A stretch of DNA of 32,000 bases from Candidatus Harpocratesius repetitus (GCA_021498095.1 JAIZWK010000001.1:3510001-3542000), one strand, 5' to 3'; positions 1-10,211 are shown, counted from the first letter of the stretch. The notes: generated by a model not told the origin, from the sequence alone. Made by a program: numbers and translations.

Positions 1-347
1 GGGGGATATTATAAGAATTTTCAGTAACTTCTGAAGATTTTCGTAATCGCAAATCTTTTTTTGTCGAACTCGATTTTTTCAAAGAATTTGTTAAATATTT
101 ATCATCATGTTTATAAATTCTTCAATTTGAAGTCGATTCTATTAAAATTATTGATTTTCATACCTTGAATTTGGTACGTTGATAAAATCGACAAAAAATA
201 AGGAAGGATATTTTAGATTTGAGTCGGGAGAATTAAGATGATGAAATGAAAAAATTCGAATCTTTGAAATTTAAAATACCCTCAATTCTTTTTATGATTT
301 TCTCATTCTTATTAAGTTAAATCATCAAATCTTAACACAACTATGGC

Positions 348-905
348 TTATTTCATATTTTCTAATTCACGCTCAATGGCTAACGCTTGTTCATAACATT
401 TTCGCGCTACTTGCATGAACATTTCCTCAACATTCGTCCCATCCTTTGCAGAAGTCTCCAAATGAACTGCATTCAACCGATCCGCCAAATCTAATGCATC
501 ATCCCGTGATACACGCCGTTGCTCATCAGCTAAATCTACTTTGTTTCCTATCAGCACTAATGGTATATCTCCTGCAGCTTTTTTGAGGGTACTTATCCAC
601 CCTGGAAGTCGCAATAAAGACTCGGGTGTTGTGATATCATATACGCCGATAGCTGCTTGTGAACCCTTAAAATATATATTTCGCATACTTGAGAATTGAG
701 CTTGTCCTCCTATATCCCAAAGCATGAGCCGTATATCATTTCCATCAATTTCTACGTCTTTGATAAGAAAATTGGTTCCGATAGTTTGTTTAAGGTCACT
801 TGAAAATGTTTGTTTAATGAATCTAAAGATTAAGCTGGTTTTTCCAACATTCTGGCTACCAAATAGTGGTACTTTAAATTTATACTGTTTTCGTGGAGTC
901 GACAT
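348..905 (-). CDS. Rab-like small GTPase (Ras superfamily, Asgard eukaryotic signature protein)
   Basis: G1 GSQNVGKT, switch I TIGTNF, G3 WDIGGQ, G4 NKVD, G5 SAK; 185 aa; no C-terminal CC/CAAX prenylation motif. Confidence 0.95.
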   Translation of the reverse strand: MSTPRKQYKFKVPLFGSQNVGKTSLIFRFIKQTFSSDLKQTIGTNFLIKDVEIDGNDIRLMLWDIGGQAQFSSMRNIYFKGSQAAIGVYDITTPESLLRLPGWISTLKKAAGDIPLVLIGNKVDLADEQRRVSRDDALDLADRLNAVHLETSAKDGTNVEEMFMQVARKCYEQALAIERELENMK

Positions 906-1047
906 AATTTATGCCTCGATCAAAAACGAAGTCGATCAATTTGTGCTTGTTTATAGTATTTTTTTTTCTCCTTATAATGCTAGACTTTTTTAGAAATAAT
1001 CAAGGTAGATATATTAAATTAGAATCTATTTATAAATAATTTTTTGA

Positions 1048-1583
1048 ATACATAGAATTGATGGAGAAAAATGGATAATGGCAATGTTTGAGTACATTCA
1101 AGGATATCAACCAGATATAAAACTTGAATTGCAAGATATTGGAAAGCAGGTTTACCAACTTCATGAGCTTATGAATAACTATCGGGGAAGCTTCCTATAA
1201 AAGGTAAAGAATTCTTTATAGATCGCTTTATTTCACTTCTTTCAGATAAGAAATACACTCAAAATCGAATAATTGAAATTCAAAACTATGGGGAAGAGAT
1301 TTGGTATGTTTTACAGCGACTTCCAAAAGGATTCTGCCATGGAGACCTTCACAGTGGAAATATTTTCAAAACTAAGGCTGGTTCATTTACTTTATTTGAT
1401 TTTGATGCTTCTGCTTTTGCTTATCCAATTATTGATATCGCAACAATCTCAAATGCTACCGACTTCAATCAGCTTAAAGCAGATGCATTTGATGAGACAT
1501 TGATCAATTTAGAACGTTTTCTTTGTGGATATGGCAGAAATTTATCTAAAAGTGAGAAATTTATCTTCACTTTAAATGAATGA
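1048..1583 (+). pseudogene. Aminoglycoside phosphotransferase / type II homoserine kinase-like kinase, frameshifted and truncated
   Basis: Not in the ORF track. Frame of 1084 reads IDGEKWIMAMFEYIQG...DIGKQVYQLHELMNNYRG. Frame of 1179-1583 reads KLPIKGKEFF...LPKGFCHGDLHSGNIF...FTLFDFD...YPIIDIA (HGDLxxxN and DFD motifs). The frames join if the G4 run at 1184-1187 were G5. Confidence 0.75.
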
Positions 1584-1910
1584 CATATTATATTTATATG
1601 TAATTAAGAATGCTACTTATCAAGATTCATACATTTCAAATGGTTCAATTTTGAATTTGATTATGTATTTTGGGTTTATTTGATTAAACAATTTAAATTA
1701 ATTTCCTAAATCGATATAAAATATAGTTATTACGCGAATCAAAGTTGTATGTTGAATTTCTCATAACTGTACATAAAAAGCATAATTTATACTTTTTTGG
1801 TCATAAATATAGTAGGGATTATTAAGGAAATAGATAAATGAATAAATTTTTTTATATAAATAATTTTAGTAATTTAGAATAGCAAAAAAAATCATGGAAC
1901 AAGATCAATA

Positions 1911-2783
1911 ATGGAAGATTTTATCCAAATTTTAAATCAAGAAATAAAAATTTTTCATGAGTACTTGAAAAACAGAAAATTCGATTATTGTAATGTTATA
2001 TCAAATCGAATTATATCCAATTCTGTTATTACAAAATCCGAAGAATTTGTATTGGTAGGTTGTTTTTTAAAACAGCTGGTTTTTGATTTAAGCAGAATTA
2101 ATAATAATGAAGATAAAGATGAATTTTCAAAAAAAATAGAAAATTATTTAAAAAAAATTGAAAAAACAAATGATATAAATATAATTCTGACACGTTATTA
2201 TGATCTCATAAAAAATATTAATGTATATTTTACAACTGAAGAAGAAAAATCTTTTTATCAAAATAATCTTAAGTTTACTCATTATTCTATAGAATTTTTG
2301 GTAAAATTCCTTATTTCTGAATTAAATGAAGATAAATTTATCCATTCAATCAATAATATTTTTATCGGATTTTTAAATGAAATTGAAAGATTTCTCAAAT
2401 TACATGATTTCACTTTAAAAGAATTATTATTGAAATTTATAATGATATATTCATCAAAGCTCTATGAATATTATAGAATTTTTATTATAAACGATACTCA
2501 AAATAAAGGTTGGTATAAAAAGTGGGAGATTTATCAAGTACTAATTAAAAAAAATTTGGACGATTACTTAAATAAAGAAGAACAAGAATATATTAAACAA
2601 TCTATTAAACTTCTTTTTGAGTTATGTAAAGAATGGAGATTTATGTTTATTCGATTACTCGAACCTATACAAAAACTAAATAAAATCGAAAAAGAAGTTG
2701 AATTACCTCACGAAATAAAGGAAAAAATCCAAGATTTGGCAAAAAAAGCAATAGATGAAGATTTAGAACATAATGAGGGATAA
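1911..2783 (+). CDS. Hypothetical helical protein, first gene of a 3-gene cluster ending in a PIN toxin
   Basis: 290-aa ORF; next ORF starts 3 nt after the stop; no recognisable motif. Confidence 0.8.
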   Translation: MEDFIQILNQEIKIFHEYLKNRKFDYCNVISNRIISNSVITKSEEFVLVGCFLKQLVFDLSRINNNEDKDEFSKKIENYLKKIEKTNDINIILTRYYDLIKNINVYFTTEEEKSFYQNNLKFTHYSIEFLVKFLISELNEDKFIHSINNIFIGFLNEIERFLKLHDFTLKELLLKFIMIYSSKLYEYYRIFIINDTQNKGWYKKWEIYQVLIKKNLDDYLNKEEQEYIKQSIKLLFELCKEWRFMFIRLLEPIQKLNKIEKEVELPHEIKEKIQDLAKKAIDEDLEHNEG

Positions 2784-2786
2784 TAA

Positions 2787-3557
2787 ATGGCGATAACGTC
2801 TACAAATCAAAATAATGGATTAAATCCTACTGCTGTTATTTTAGAAAGTTTTCAATACCTCAGAAATCAGCATCCTGATATATCAATACAGCAGATGGAG
2901 ATGTTGTTTGAGAAAGAACTAATCAATCAAATTAAAATAGAAATCTGTCGTTACAATTTTCCCAAAGTTATCCCAAAAAAGGAAATACTAAAATGGAAAC
3001 TACAAGAATCAAGAACACCAAAAAAGAAAAAAGAAATCCGGGAATATCAAATCAAACATAATGAAAAGGTTCTTTTTTATCTTACCATGCAAAATGTCAT
3101 CAAATCTTCAAAAATTGATGAAAAAGATATTTCTTTTTTTTCTATCAGTAAAAATGATATTGTTGGGAAAAAGGATTCCATTATTTCCCAGTTAGATTTT
3201 TATCCAAAAGATGAAAAATCAGAAGAAATTAATAATCTCAAATCAAATATATTGAAAGAAGAAAAAACACTTCCCTTTGGTTTTAAGAATAATCAAAATT
3301 TTGCAGATATACCTAATCGATCATTAGATTTTTTTAGTTTTGCTTCAAATTTGACAGAATCAACTTTAATTTCAAGAAATCTCAATTGGGAAAAAAGCAA
3401 TGAGATAAGAAAAAAGATAACCAAATCTGAAGAAAATGAAATAATTGAAATTGATTCTATTATTGAAGAAATTATTGATTATAAACCAAAACGATATAGA
3501 TCGAAAAGAAGCGACTGTGGTTCTTTATTGGATTTAATCGATATTGCGAATAATTAA
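2787..3557 (+). CDS. Hypothetical protein (K/E/N-rich)
   Basis: 256-aa ORF coupled to neighbours; no recognisable motif. Confidence 0.75.
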   Translation: MAITSTNQNNGLNPTAVILESFQYLRNQHPDISIQQMEMLFEKELINQIKIEICRYNFPKVIPKKEILKWKLQESRTPKKKKEIREYQIKHNEKVLFYLTMQNVIKSSKIDEKDISFFSISKNDIVGKKDSIISQLDFYPKDEKSEEINNLKSNILKEEKTLPFGFKNNQNFADIPNRSLDFFSFASNLTESTLISRNLNWEKSNEIRKKITKSEENEIIEIDSIIEEIIDYKPKRYRSKRSDCGSLLDLIDIANN

Positions 3558-3578
3558 AAAAAATTTTAGGTGAAATAA

Positions 3579-4025
3579 ATAATAAATATATCATCTAAAA
3601 AAATAATTATCGATTCAGGAGTCTGGATCTCCGCATTTGATCATAGAGATAAGTATTTCAAAAAAGGAAAAGAAATATTACAATGGATAGAAAATCAAGA
3701 AGATTATCGAATTCTAATCTCAAATTTAATTCTTGCGGAAATAGCGAATCATATTACTCGAAAAATTAATCATAAAAAAACCGAAATCATAAAAAAAATA
3801 ATTAATAATGAAAAAATCGATATGTATTATGATGATGAGAAAATATCTAAAAAAGCTATTGAAATTTATGAAAAATACAATCCTGTAGGATATGTTGATG
3901 CAACAACAGCAATTTTTTATAAATTAAAGAAATGTGATTATTTGATAACTTTCGATAACGATTTTAAACTAATTAAGGGAATTACTGCTTTGGATTGTTA
4001 TCCGATTGATTTTAAAAGTAAATAA
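3579..4025 (+). CDS. vapC: PIN-domain VapC-like RNase; the real start lies upstream of the tracked ATG (3822), apparently ATA
   Basis: Frame is open from 3579: IINISSKKIIIDSGVWISAFDHRDKYF...ILAEIANH...VGYVDATT...YLITFDNDF gives all PIN acidic motifs. SD-like AGGTGA at 3568-3573. In-frame TAA at 3576-3578 and no ATG/GTG/TTG before 3822. Confidence 0.8.
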   Translation: MINISSKKIIIDSGVWISAFDHRDKYFKKGKEILQWIENQEDYRILISNLILAEIANHITRKINHKKTEIIKKIINNEKIDMYYDDEKISKKAIEIYEKYNPVGYVDATTAIFYKLKKCDYLITFDNDFKLIKGITALDCYPIDFKSK

Positions 4026-4566
4026 TCATATATTAAAAAAATTCTTTTCTGGGTTCTATATTTATCTTTTCTCGTTTCTTGTTTAATTTTATGTTTTTCC
4101 AAATTATATCAAAATATTTGTGGTTTTTCTAACTATTTTATCTGAAATCTTGCATTTTATATCCAATATCATTTGAATTTGTTTATACCAAAAAGAATTT
4201 GTTAATTATGCAATACATTTGCTTTTCATCATCTGGATAATTTAGATTTTTATCGGTATTTATAGAAAAAATTTTAGTTATATGATGAATTTGTGGCATT
4301 CTCATTAGGATTTCCACTAAACTTTAATAATATTCATAACTTGATTAAAAATATAAAAGAAAAAAAGAGAACACTTTTGATCAGCGTAAATTTGATCGAC
4401 AGATGCATTTACTCCTATCATATTTCTCATTCTAGTTTCTTGGAATTGTTTCCATTCAAATATCCTGTTATCTACATTTTTTATTATTATAATTTGATCA
4501 TATAATTGGAAAATTAAGTCCAAAACTATTATTAAGTGCTATATATTTTACTTATTCTCAAATTTA

Positions 4567-4980
4567 TTATTGTGAGCAGTTTTTTATAATTTGAAGTAAA
4601 TCCTCTTTAGACATTTGCTGTCGTGCTTTTTGGTCATTCCAAATTTTTCGATACAGATGAAGATATTCAAAAAGTTGGGGCATATCAGGTGTTAATACAG
4701 TAATTCCTTCTTCAATCACCTTGCCTCTTAAATACCATGGGATTTCCGAGAAAAACTGAATGTCGTAATTCTTTCCATAAATATCTACCCGAACGCAAAT
4801 TTCCTTATAGAGTTTAATCGGATTGTTAGAACTTTCGACAATACATAAATCAATATCACTACGGGCTGAATTCATTTCATGTACCCATGAACCGTATAAT
4901 ATCATCCCCAAAAACGAAGGATTACTTAGTAAAAACTTAAAATCGGCAGTTATCTGATCTATAATGCTTGGTTTAACCAT
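4567..4980 (-). CDS. mntA: Minimal nucleotidyltransferase (MNT) antitoxin
   Basis: GS-X10-DxD motif (GSWVHEMNSARSDID); overlaps the HEPN gene. Confidence 0.9.
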   Translation of the reverse strand: MVKPSIIDQITADFKFLLSNPSFLGMILYGSWVHEMNSARSDIDLCIVESSNNPIKLYKEICVRVDIYGKNYDIQFFSEIPWYLRGKVIEEGITVLTPDMPQLFEYLHLYRKIWNDQKARQQMSKEDLLQIIKNCSQ

Positions 4981-5393
4981 TGGGAGATCAACTCCACATA
5001 TTGGAGAAAAATTTCGGAATGCTTTTCAATTCCGTGAAAAGCAAGTTTGTCCACTATACCATTATATTCATGTACAATCCGATTTCGCAATCCATTTGCA
5101 TATTTAAGTTCTTGGAGTATTTTCTGAGAGATAATGTTACTATCACCGAGTAAATCGAGATTTGAATAATCATCTTTTGGAACTTTACCAATGTCTTTTA
5201 ATATCATTACTGAAATATCAGAAATTGCTTCTACAATAATTTGAAATGCATGAAAAATAGCGTATTTTTCCTTTTTTGGTATTTGTTGATAATCCACATC
5301 TGTGATATCATTGATCCAAGATTGCATATCATCCAAATTTTCTTCAATTATCTGAATTTTATCTAAATATCGTTCTAATCGAACTTTCTTCAT
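4959..5393 (-). CDS. hepT: HEPN (DUF86) RNase toxin
   Basis: RX4-6H motif RNRIVH followed by EY (Tyr at the position AMPylated by MntA in characterised HepT); DUF86-like FQIIVEAISDI. Confidence 0.9.
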   Translation of the reverse strand: MKKVRLERYLDKIQIIEENLDDMQSWINDITDVDYQQIPKKEKYAIFHAFQIIVEAISDISVMILKDIGKVPKDDYSNLDLLGDSNIISQKILQELKYANGLRNRIVHEYNGIVDKLAFHGIEKHSEIFLQYVELISQWLNQAL

Positions 5394-5767
5394 TAAAATA
5401 TATATAATTTTGATTTATTTGAATATAATTGAATTCGCTAAAAAGAGTTGAACAGATTTCTTCTTTTAAATTATCTTCAATTTTTATGAAGAAATAAGAT
5501 GAGTTGAAAAAATCATATTTACTATAGAAGCCATCGTTAACGATAAAGTTAGAAATGCGAATTCTATTCATATTTTTCAACGAAACCTGAAATATTGAAT
5601 AATTAAAATGATTTTCCCTATAGGATGGTAAATAATCTCTGAAGAATTCTAATTTAATCGCTTTTCAAAGGGAATTTTGAATCATGTGAAAATTTTAAGA
5701 ATCTATGTGAATTATTTCGGCTTTACCATCAATATGTTGAATGGTCAGGCTTATATCTATGTCTTTT

Positions 5768-6271
5768 CTAAAGAGTGATTAGGACACTCTTCATTAATTT
5801 CAATGTCTTTTTACTGTATCTTTTTTCTACTTGCCATAATTTCCAACATTTATTAAAATCATTTTTTGATAATAAGCCATCTTTAACCAGCTTCAAACAG
5901 AATGACCATAATTGAAATGTTGGTATTTTTAACATAGTAGATTGATAAAATAAGGCTCGATCATCAGTGATGAGTGTAACATGATCACGTAGACCGATTA
6001 TTACTAAGTCTTGATCAGCAGAATCGAAGGTTTCTAATATCGATTCTAAGAAATATTTTGAAATAACTGCCTTTCTTTCATTTGCAGATAAAGGAATAAA
6101 GATAAAATTGCTTGGAAAAAAGAGATCCAATTTATAATTTTTATATTCTAGCAACAACTTTTTAGTTATAACTAACCTGAATTTTCCGAGAATTGGGCGC
6201 AAATCAATGGAAGTTTTATGAAAAATATTTCTGATACGGAGAGAAGAGCAAGTATCTAAAGCGAGCATCAT
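5768..6271 (-). CDS. PIN-domain toxin (DUF3368-like)
   Basis: ALDTC at the N-terminus, LLEY, DSADQDL, LITDDRAL; downstream of an RHH/UPF0175 antitoxin. Confidence 0.8.
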   Translation of the reverse strand: MMLALDTCSSLRIRNIFHKTSIDLRPILGKFRLVITKKLLLEYKNYKLDLFFPSNFIFIPLSANERKAVISKYFLESILETFDSADQDLVIIGLRDHVTLITDDRALFYQSTMLKIPTFQLWSFCLKLVKDGLLSKNDFNKCWKLWQVEKRYSKKTLKLMKSVLITL

Positions 6272-6334
6272 AAGAATTTTGCCTGTATTTTCAATTTTGT
6301 GTTTTTTCGTTTTTACTTTTTTATTACGTGTTTA

Positions 6335-6661
6335 TTATTCCTTCATTAAGGTTTTAATATCATAATTTAATGCCCATTTTAGATGATCTTCCATAATCTC
6401 ATCTGGGATTATTTCCTTTGCATCTCTACTTGCCCATTCTGCTAAAAATTCATTGTATTCCAGCCCTGAAATTTTCCATGCTTTTTTAAATCCGCATTTT
6501 CCTTCCTTTAATAATTTAAAAGCGAGTTCTATACGTTTTGGGCGAATCTCTTCAAGAAAAGCTCTTCTGGCAATTTCAGCAAGCGAGACACCCGTAGATT
6601 CTGATAATATTTTGGCAATTTTCATATCATCTGGATCAATACGGAAATTTATTTGACTCAT
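6335..6661 (-). CDS. Antitoxin: ribbon-helix-helix fused to UPF0175-like HTH
   Basis: QINFRI beta-ribbon + LAEIARRAF helix; C-terminal LLKEGKCGFKKAWKISGLEYNEF; paralogue at 31053-31409. Confidence 0.8.
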   Translation of the reverse strand: MSQINFRIDPDDMKIAKILSESTGVSLAEIARRAFLEEIRPKRIELAFKLLKEGKCGFKKAWKISGLEYNEFLAEWASRDAKEIIPDEIMEDHLKWALNYDIKTLMKE

Positions 6662-6721
6662 GATATAATAAATATCAAATAAATAGATAAAATTTATTAT
6701 TATGTGATATAAATAATATCT
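6661..6721. promoter_or_regulatory. Two 17-bp palindromic operator-like sites at the antitoxin start/promoter
   Basis: TGATAT-AATAA-ATATCA at 6661-6677 and TGATAT-AAATA-ATATCt at 6705-6721. Confidence 0.5.
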
Positions 6722-6976
6722 AATAATTAAGCTTTTTATGATTTCGAATATTTAGTCTGAATTTAGAGAGATATTTGTCCCAACATCATTATTCTTAAAA
6801 ATTTAGCTGGGAAAATGGATCGACTCAAATTATTTCATGGAATTGAATGAAAATTTAGACGATTCAAAAGAACTCTTGAATATTTCTATCACTATCGAAG
6901 GATTTTTATGTGAAAATATATAACCAACTGAAGATATATTATGAAATGCATTTTACTGTGTCGGAGACGTATTTAA

Positions 6977-7414
6977 TTGGTGAAAAATTCATTAGAAACT
7001 CTATTTGTTATTCGTTCAATGATATTGGGAAGCGGAATAATTCTTTTGATATCATTTTTTCTCCCAATAATCAACACATACTCATTATTTGATTTAATAC
7101 GTATTTTCTCAGATATAAGATTAAAATTGCTCTATATGGTTCCTATATTAAATGCTATTTTTAGGATTTTTATTGCTTTATTTCTTCCAAGATTCTTGAA
7201 AAAACGGAAATTATGGCTTTATCTTTTATTAATTTTTGATATTAATATAACTACATTATTTCTAAGCGATATCTTCCAAGAACATAATCCTTACCTTTGG
7301 CAAAATGTTGCAATATATGGATTCATTTTCGCAACTGTCCTATATCTGATTGGATTTTTGAGAATACTCTTATTGGATAATTCTGAAATAAACACGCAAC
7401 CAACTTTCAATTAA
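6977..7414 (+). CDS. Small multi-pass membrane protein
   Basis: 145 aa, about four hydrophobic segments; TTG start uncertain; 19 nt upstream of the next gene. Confidence 0.6.
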   Translation: MVKNSLETLFVIRSMILGSGIILLISFFLPIINTYSLFDLIRIFSDIRLKLLYMVPILNAIFRIFIALFLPRFLKKRKLWLYLLLIFDINITTLFLSDIFQEHNPYLWQNVAIYGFIFATVLYLIGFLRILLLDNSEINTQPTFN

Positions 7415-7433
7415 CCTTAAGGAACGAATAATA

Positions 7434-8369
7434 ATGGTACATAGAAACTCTGATTTACGAGAAAAGCAAAACAAAAATACAGTTAACAGTAAAAAAGATC
7501 ATGAATCAGACATGGAAGAAAAGGTCTATATTGCATTAGGACACGAATTTCGACGAAAAATACTAAAATTAATTGGAAGAAAAGGATTTACTGGATTTTC
7601 AGATATTAAAAAATTGTTAAATGTAAGTACAGGAACGATTTATCATCATTTAGAAGTATTACAAGACTTAATAGAACAAGATGAAAGAAAAAAGTATCAC
7701 CTTTCTCCTTTGGGATTACATGCTTATCAAATTCTACAGAAGGGAGGTGATGCAATTGCATCATTGCAACTGGAGAATAAAATATTTTTGGAGCAGAAAT
7801 TAAAATCATGGCAAAGCTGGGCGCTTTTTCAACCGATTTTAAAATACTACTTAAATCATTATCAACATGGAATGATTTTTTCAGGACTTATTGTTTTTAT
7901 TATTGCAATATTAAGTGCATTATTTCACGTACAAGCATTTGTTAATATTTATCTCCCTATTTTTGAACCATTTGAATTTTTTCTTACACGCTATCCAATT
8001 ATCCAGTTTTTCAGTGTTTTTCTTGGATATATTTTTCTATTTTTCTTAGTTGAAGGTCTGGTTCGAGCGTTATTCCATAAAAATGAAAATGGACGTTGGT
8101 TATTTGTTGTGCTTTCTGTAAGTTATATTCCATTGATATTCTATCTTATCTGTATTGGGATTTTACGATTATTTCCATTAGAAATTGACACTTTTCTGGT
8201 AATAAGTAGATTACTTTTAGTTTTTTTTCAAGTTTGGGGAACAGTAATTCTAGCACTAAGCATTTCGTTGGTGAAATTTATTAAATATGAAAGGGGGCTA
8301 ATTATTGTGCTTTTTATTGATTATGCGACTTTGATGGTTCTTTTACTCTTTAATACTCCGTTTTTATAG
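7434..8369 (+). CDS. ArsR-type winged-HTH regulator fused to a multi-pass membrane domain
   Basis: ALGHEFRRKILKLI...VSTGTIYHHLEVL...YHLSPLG wHTH, then about five hydrophobic helices. Confidence 0.85.
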   Translation: MVHRNSDLREKQNKNTVNSKKDHESDMEEKVYIALGHEFRRKILKLIGRKGFTGFSDIKKLLNVSTGTIYHHLEVLQDLIEQDERKKYHLSPLGLHAYQILQKGGDAIASLQLENKIFLEQKLKSWQSWALFQPILKYYLNHYQHGMIFSGLIVFIIAILSALFHVQAFVNIYLPIFEPFEFFLTRYPIIQFFSVFLGYIFLFFLVEGLVRALFHKNENGRWLFVVLSVSYIPLIFYLICIGILRLFPLEIDTFLVISRLLLVFFQVWGTVILALSISLVKFIKYERGLIIVLFIDYATLMVLLLFNTPFL

Positions 8370-8535
8370 TACTTTTAGAAATCAGATTTTTAAATAAAAT
8401 GACGACTTTGATTCATAAAAATAATTTTTAAATGAGAGTTCATAGTAATCTTTCACACCTATCTTGCTCATCTCCATAATATCATTAATAAAGAAGGAAG
8501 ATTAATATGAAAACTCTTTTTTTTAATTTAAAGAT

Positions 8536-8928
8536 TTGTTAGATAGTAAATGGGATGAATTTGAAAAGAAAGAACGCCGTTTACTGAAAATTTACTCTGA
8601 TTCACCATATCTAATTGCAAAAAAACTAGCAAAAATTATTTCAAATAAAAGAAAGGTGTTCAACGATAAAGTTGAGAAGATTCAAAGCATAATTCCACCC
8701 AATCGAGCCAATACCAACACAATTGAATCTATTTTCGGTAGATATAGACTCTTTTTTAAGAAATATCGAAAAATGAAAGACACTGAATACTCTAAAGCTG
8801 TATTTGAAATACTAAGATTGCACCACAACCTTTCTCCACCTTATACCGGCCCAAATCAAAATATATCTCCAATAAATAGAATCGGAATCAAATCAAAATG
8901 CATGATTTCTATAGATCGATTATGTTGA
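8536..8928 (+). mobile_element. C-terminal remnant of a DDE transposase (IS6/ISH-like)
   Basis: NTNTIESIFGRYRLFFKKYRKM...LRLHHNL resembles the TNNxxE...YN C-terminal signature of DDE transposases; N-terminal catalytic part absent; ends not resolved. Confidence 0.55.
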
Positions 8929-9110
8929 ATGATTTCGTGATTTTAACAATTTAATTTGGATATCATTTTCTTCTTAAATCCCACATTCTAAAGGTAATCT
9001 AAGTCAAAAAATTGACGATACATGTAGAATCTTTGAATTAATATAATGAAATCCATATAAAAATATCAAAATCATGCTAAAAGATTAAAAAAAGAAAGAT
9101 TTTCTTTTGA

Positions 9111-9650
9111 TTAAGATCCGCATTAGGGACTAATTCAATAACAATGCTGAAATCGGGACAATTAAGTCCTGTAGATGTAAGTATAACTACACCATTTAAT
9201 CCAACAATTGAGTCAAGATCCCAACAACCTCAGTATTTGCCAGTTAATGTTGAAGATTTATCTGGATATGTATCGTTTTCAAAGAATATTTTAGGTATTA
9301 AAAATGAAGAAAATATGGTAAATGTTTTAAAATATTTAACAGAATACATTAATCCAATTGCATTAGGGGCTGTCCACAGAGCACGAGAAAAAAATGCAAA
9401 AATTGCATCAAGTTTATTAAAATATCATATGGAAGATGGAAATTTAGTAAAGAGAATTTCTGACATTGTTACAATGGGGCTCTATAATCATGCTTTCTAC
9501 ATAAGTAAAAAAGATGCTGAAGAATTAAAATTGCCAATTGAATCAATTAATAGGGAAATTGAATCTTTAATTTGGGATTTATTTTCAGAATATATGACAT
9601 TATTAGAAAAAAATTTAGTGGAAGGATGGATTAAAAATAATAAAGATTAA
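9111..9650 (+). pseudogene. N-terminally truncated SDH_sah / ClpP-like (S49-type) serine protease
   Basis: ALGTNSITMLKSGQLSPVD matches ALxADEIxM...SELGPID; HAFYISKKDAEELKLPI matches HxxxIxxxEAxxLGL; in-frame TGA at 9108-9110 removes the catalytic-Ser segment. Confidence 0.6.
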
Positions 9651-9661
9651 AAGTGATTTGA

Positions 9662-10211
9662 ATGATAGAAAATAACACAAACGGTTTAGCTTCTTCTTCA
9701 GATTTATTTAATAGTACTTCTCCAAATAATGAATATTCTACAGCTCCAGTTGATTCTTTTACTTCAAATATGATAGATCATTTAACAATCATTCCAACAA
9801 TAAAAATTTTCAATCCATGGAAATCAGACTTACAATTAAAAAGAAAAAAAAAACTTTACCGATTTGAACATTTCATACAAAGACAGTTTCCGTAAAATCT
9901 TGAATAAGCATACGAATTATAAGAAATTATTTTCTCTTCTTATTAATTTTATAGATGTTTTTTATATTTCAATACCAAATAAACCTAAAGAAATAATTTT
10001 TTCTGAATTTTATTTTCCTGGCGAAAATTATTCAGAACCAATGATGAAAATAATATACCCCAATATGCATGAAAATAAGCTGTTGGAACATAAATATTTA
10101 GTTGAAAAAGAATTTACCAAATTTCTTGCGCAGAATTCAAAGAATAAGGAAGAATTTATTGAATTAAGAAAGATTCAAAAAAAATTTAGGATAATTATAC
10201 GAAGAGGGTAG
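9662..10211 (+). pseudogene. Hypothetical protein (possible HEPN partner), probably one gene split by a frameshift in an A10 run
   Basis: ORFs 9662-9895 and 9864-10211 overlap across A10 at 9844-9853; A9 would fuse them (...LKRKKNFTDLNISYKD...). Confidence 0.5.

Noticed and set aside
724-993. 89-aa + strand ORF
   Set aside because: Antisense shadow of the Rab-like GTPase and its promoter; no protein-like motifs
1273-1503. 76-aa ORF in the track
   Set aside because: Alternative frame over the APH-like pseudogene; the kinase motifs are in another frame
4030-4523. Short ORFs 4293-4505 (+), 4317-4523 (-) and a 44-codon minus-strand frame below them
   Set aside because: No motif or consistent frame; possibly decayed DNA but unsupported
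5359-5760. 73-aa minus ORF, extendable ~30 codons upstream without a start
   Set aside because: No recognisable family; multiple stops upstream; cannot call gene or pseudogene
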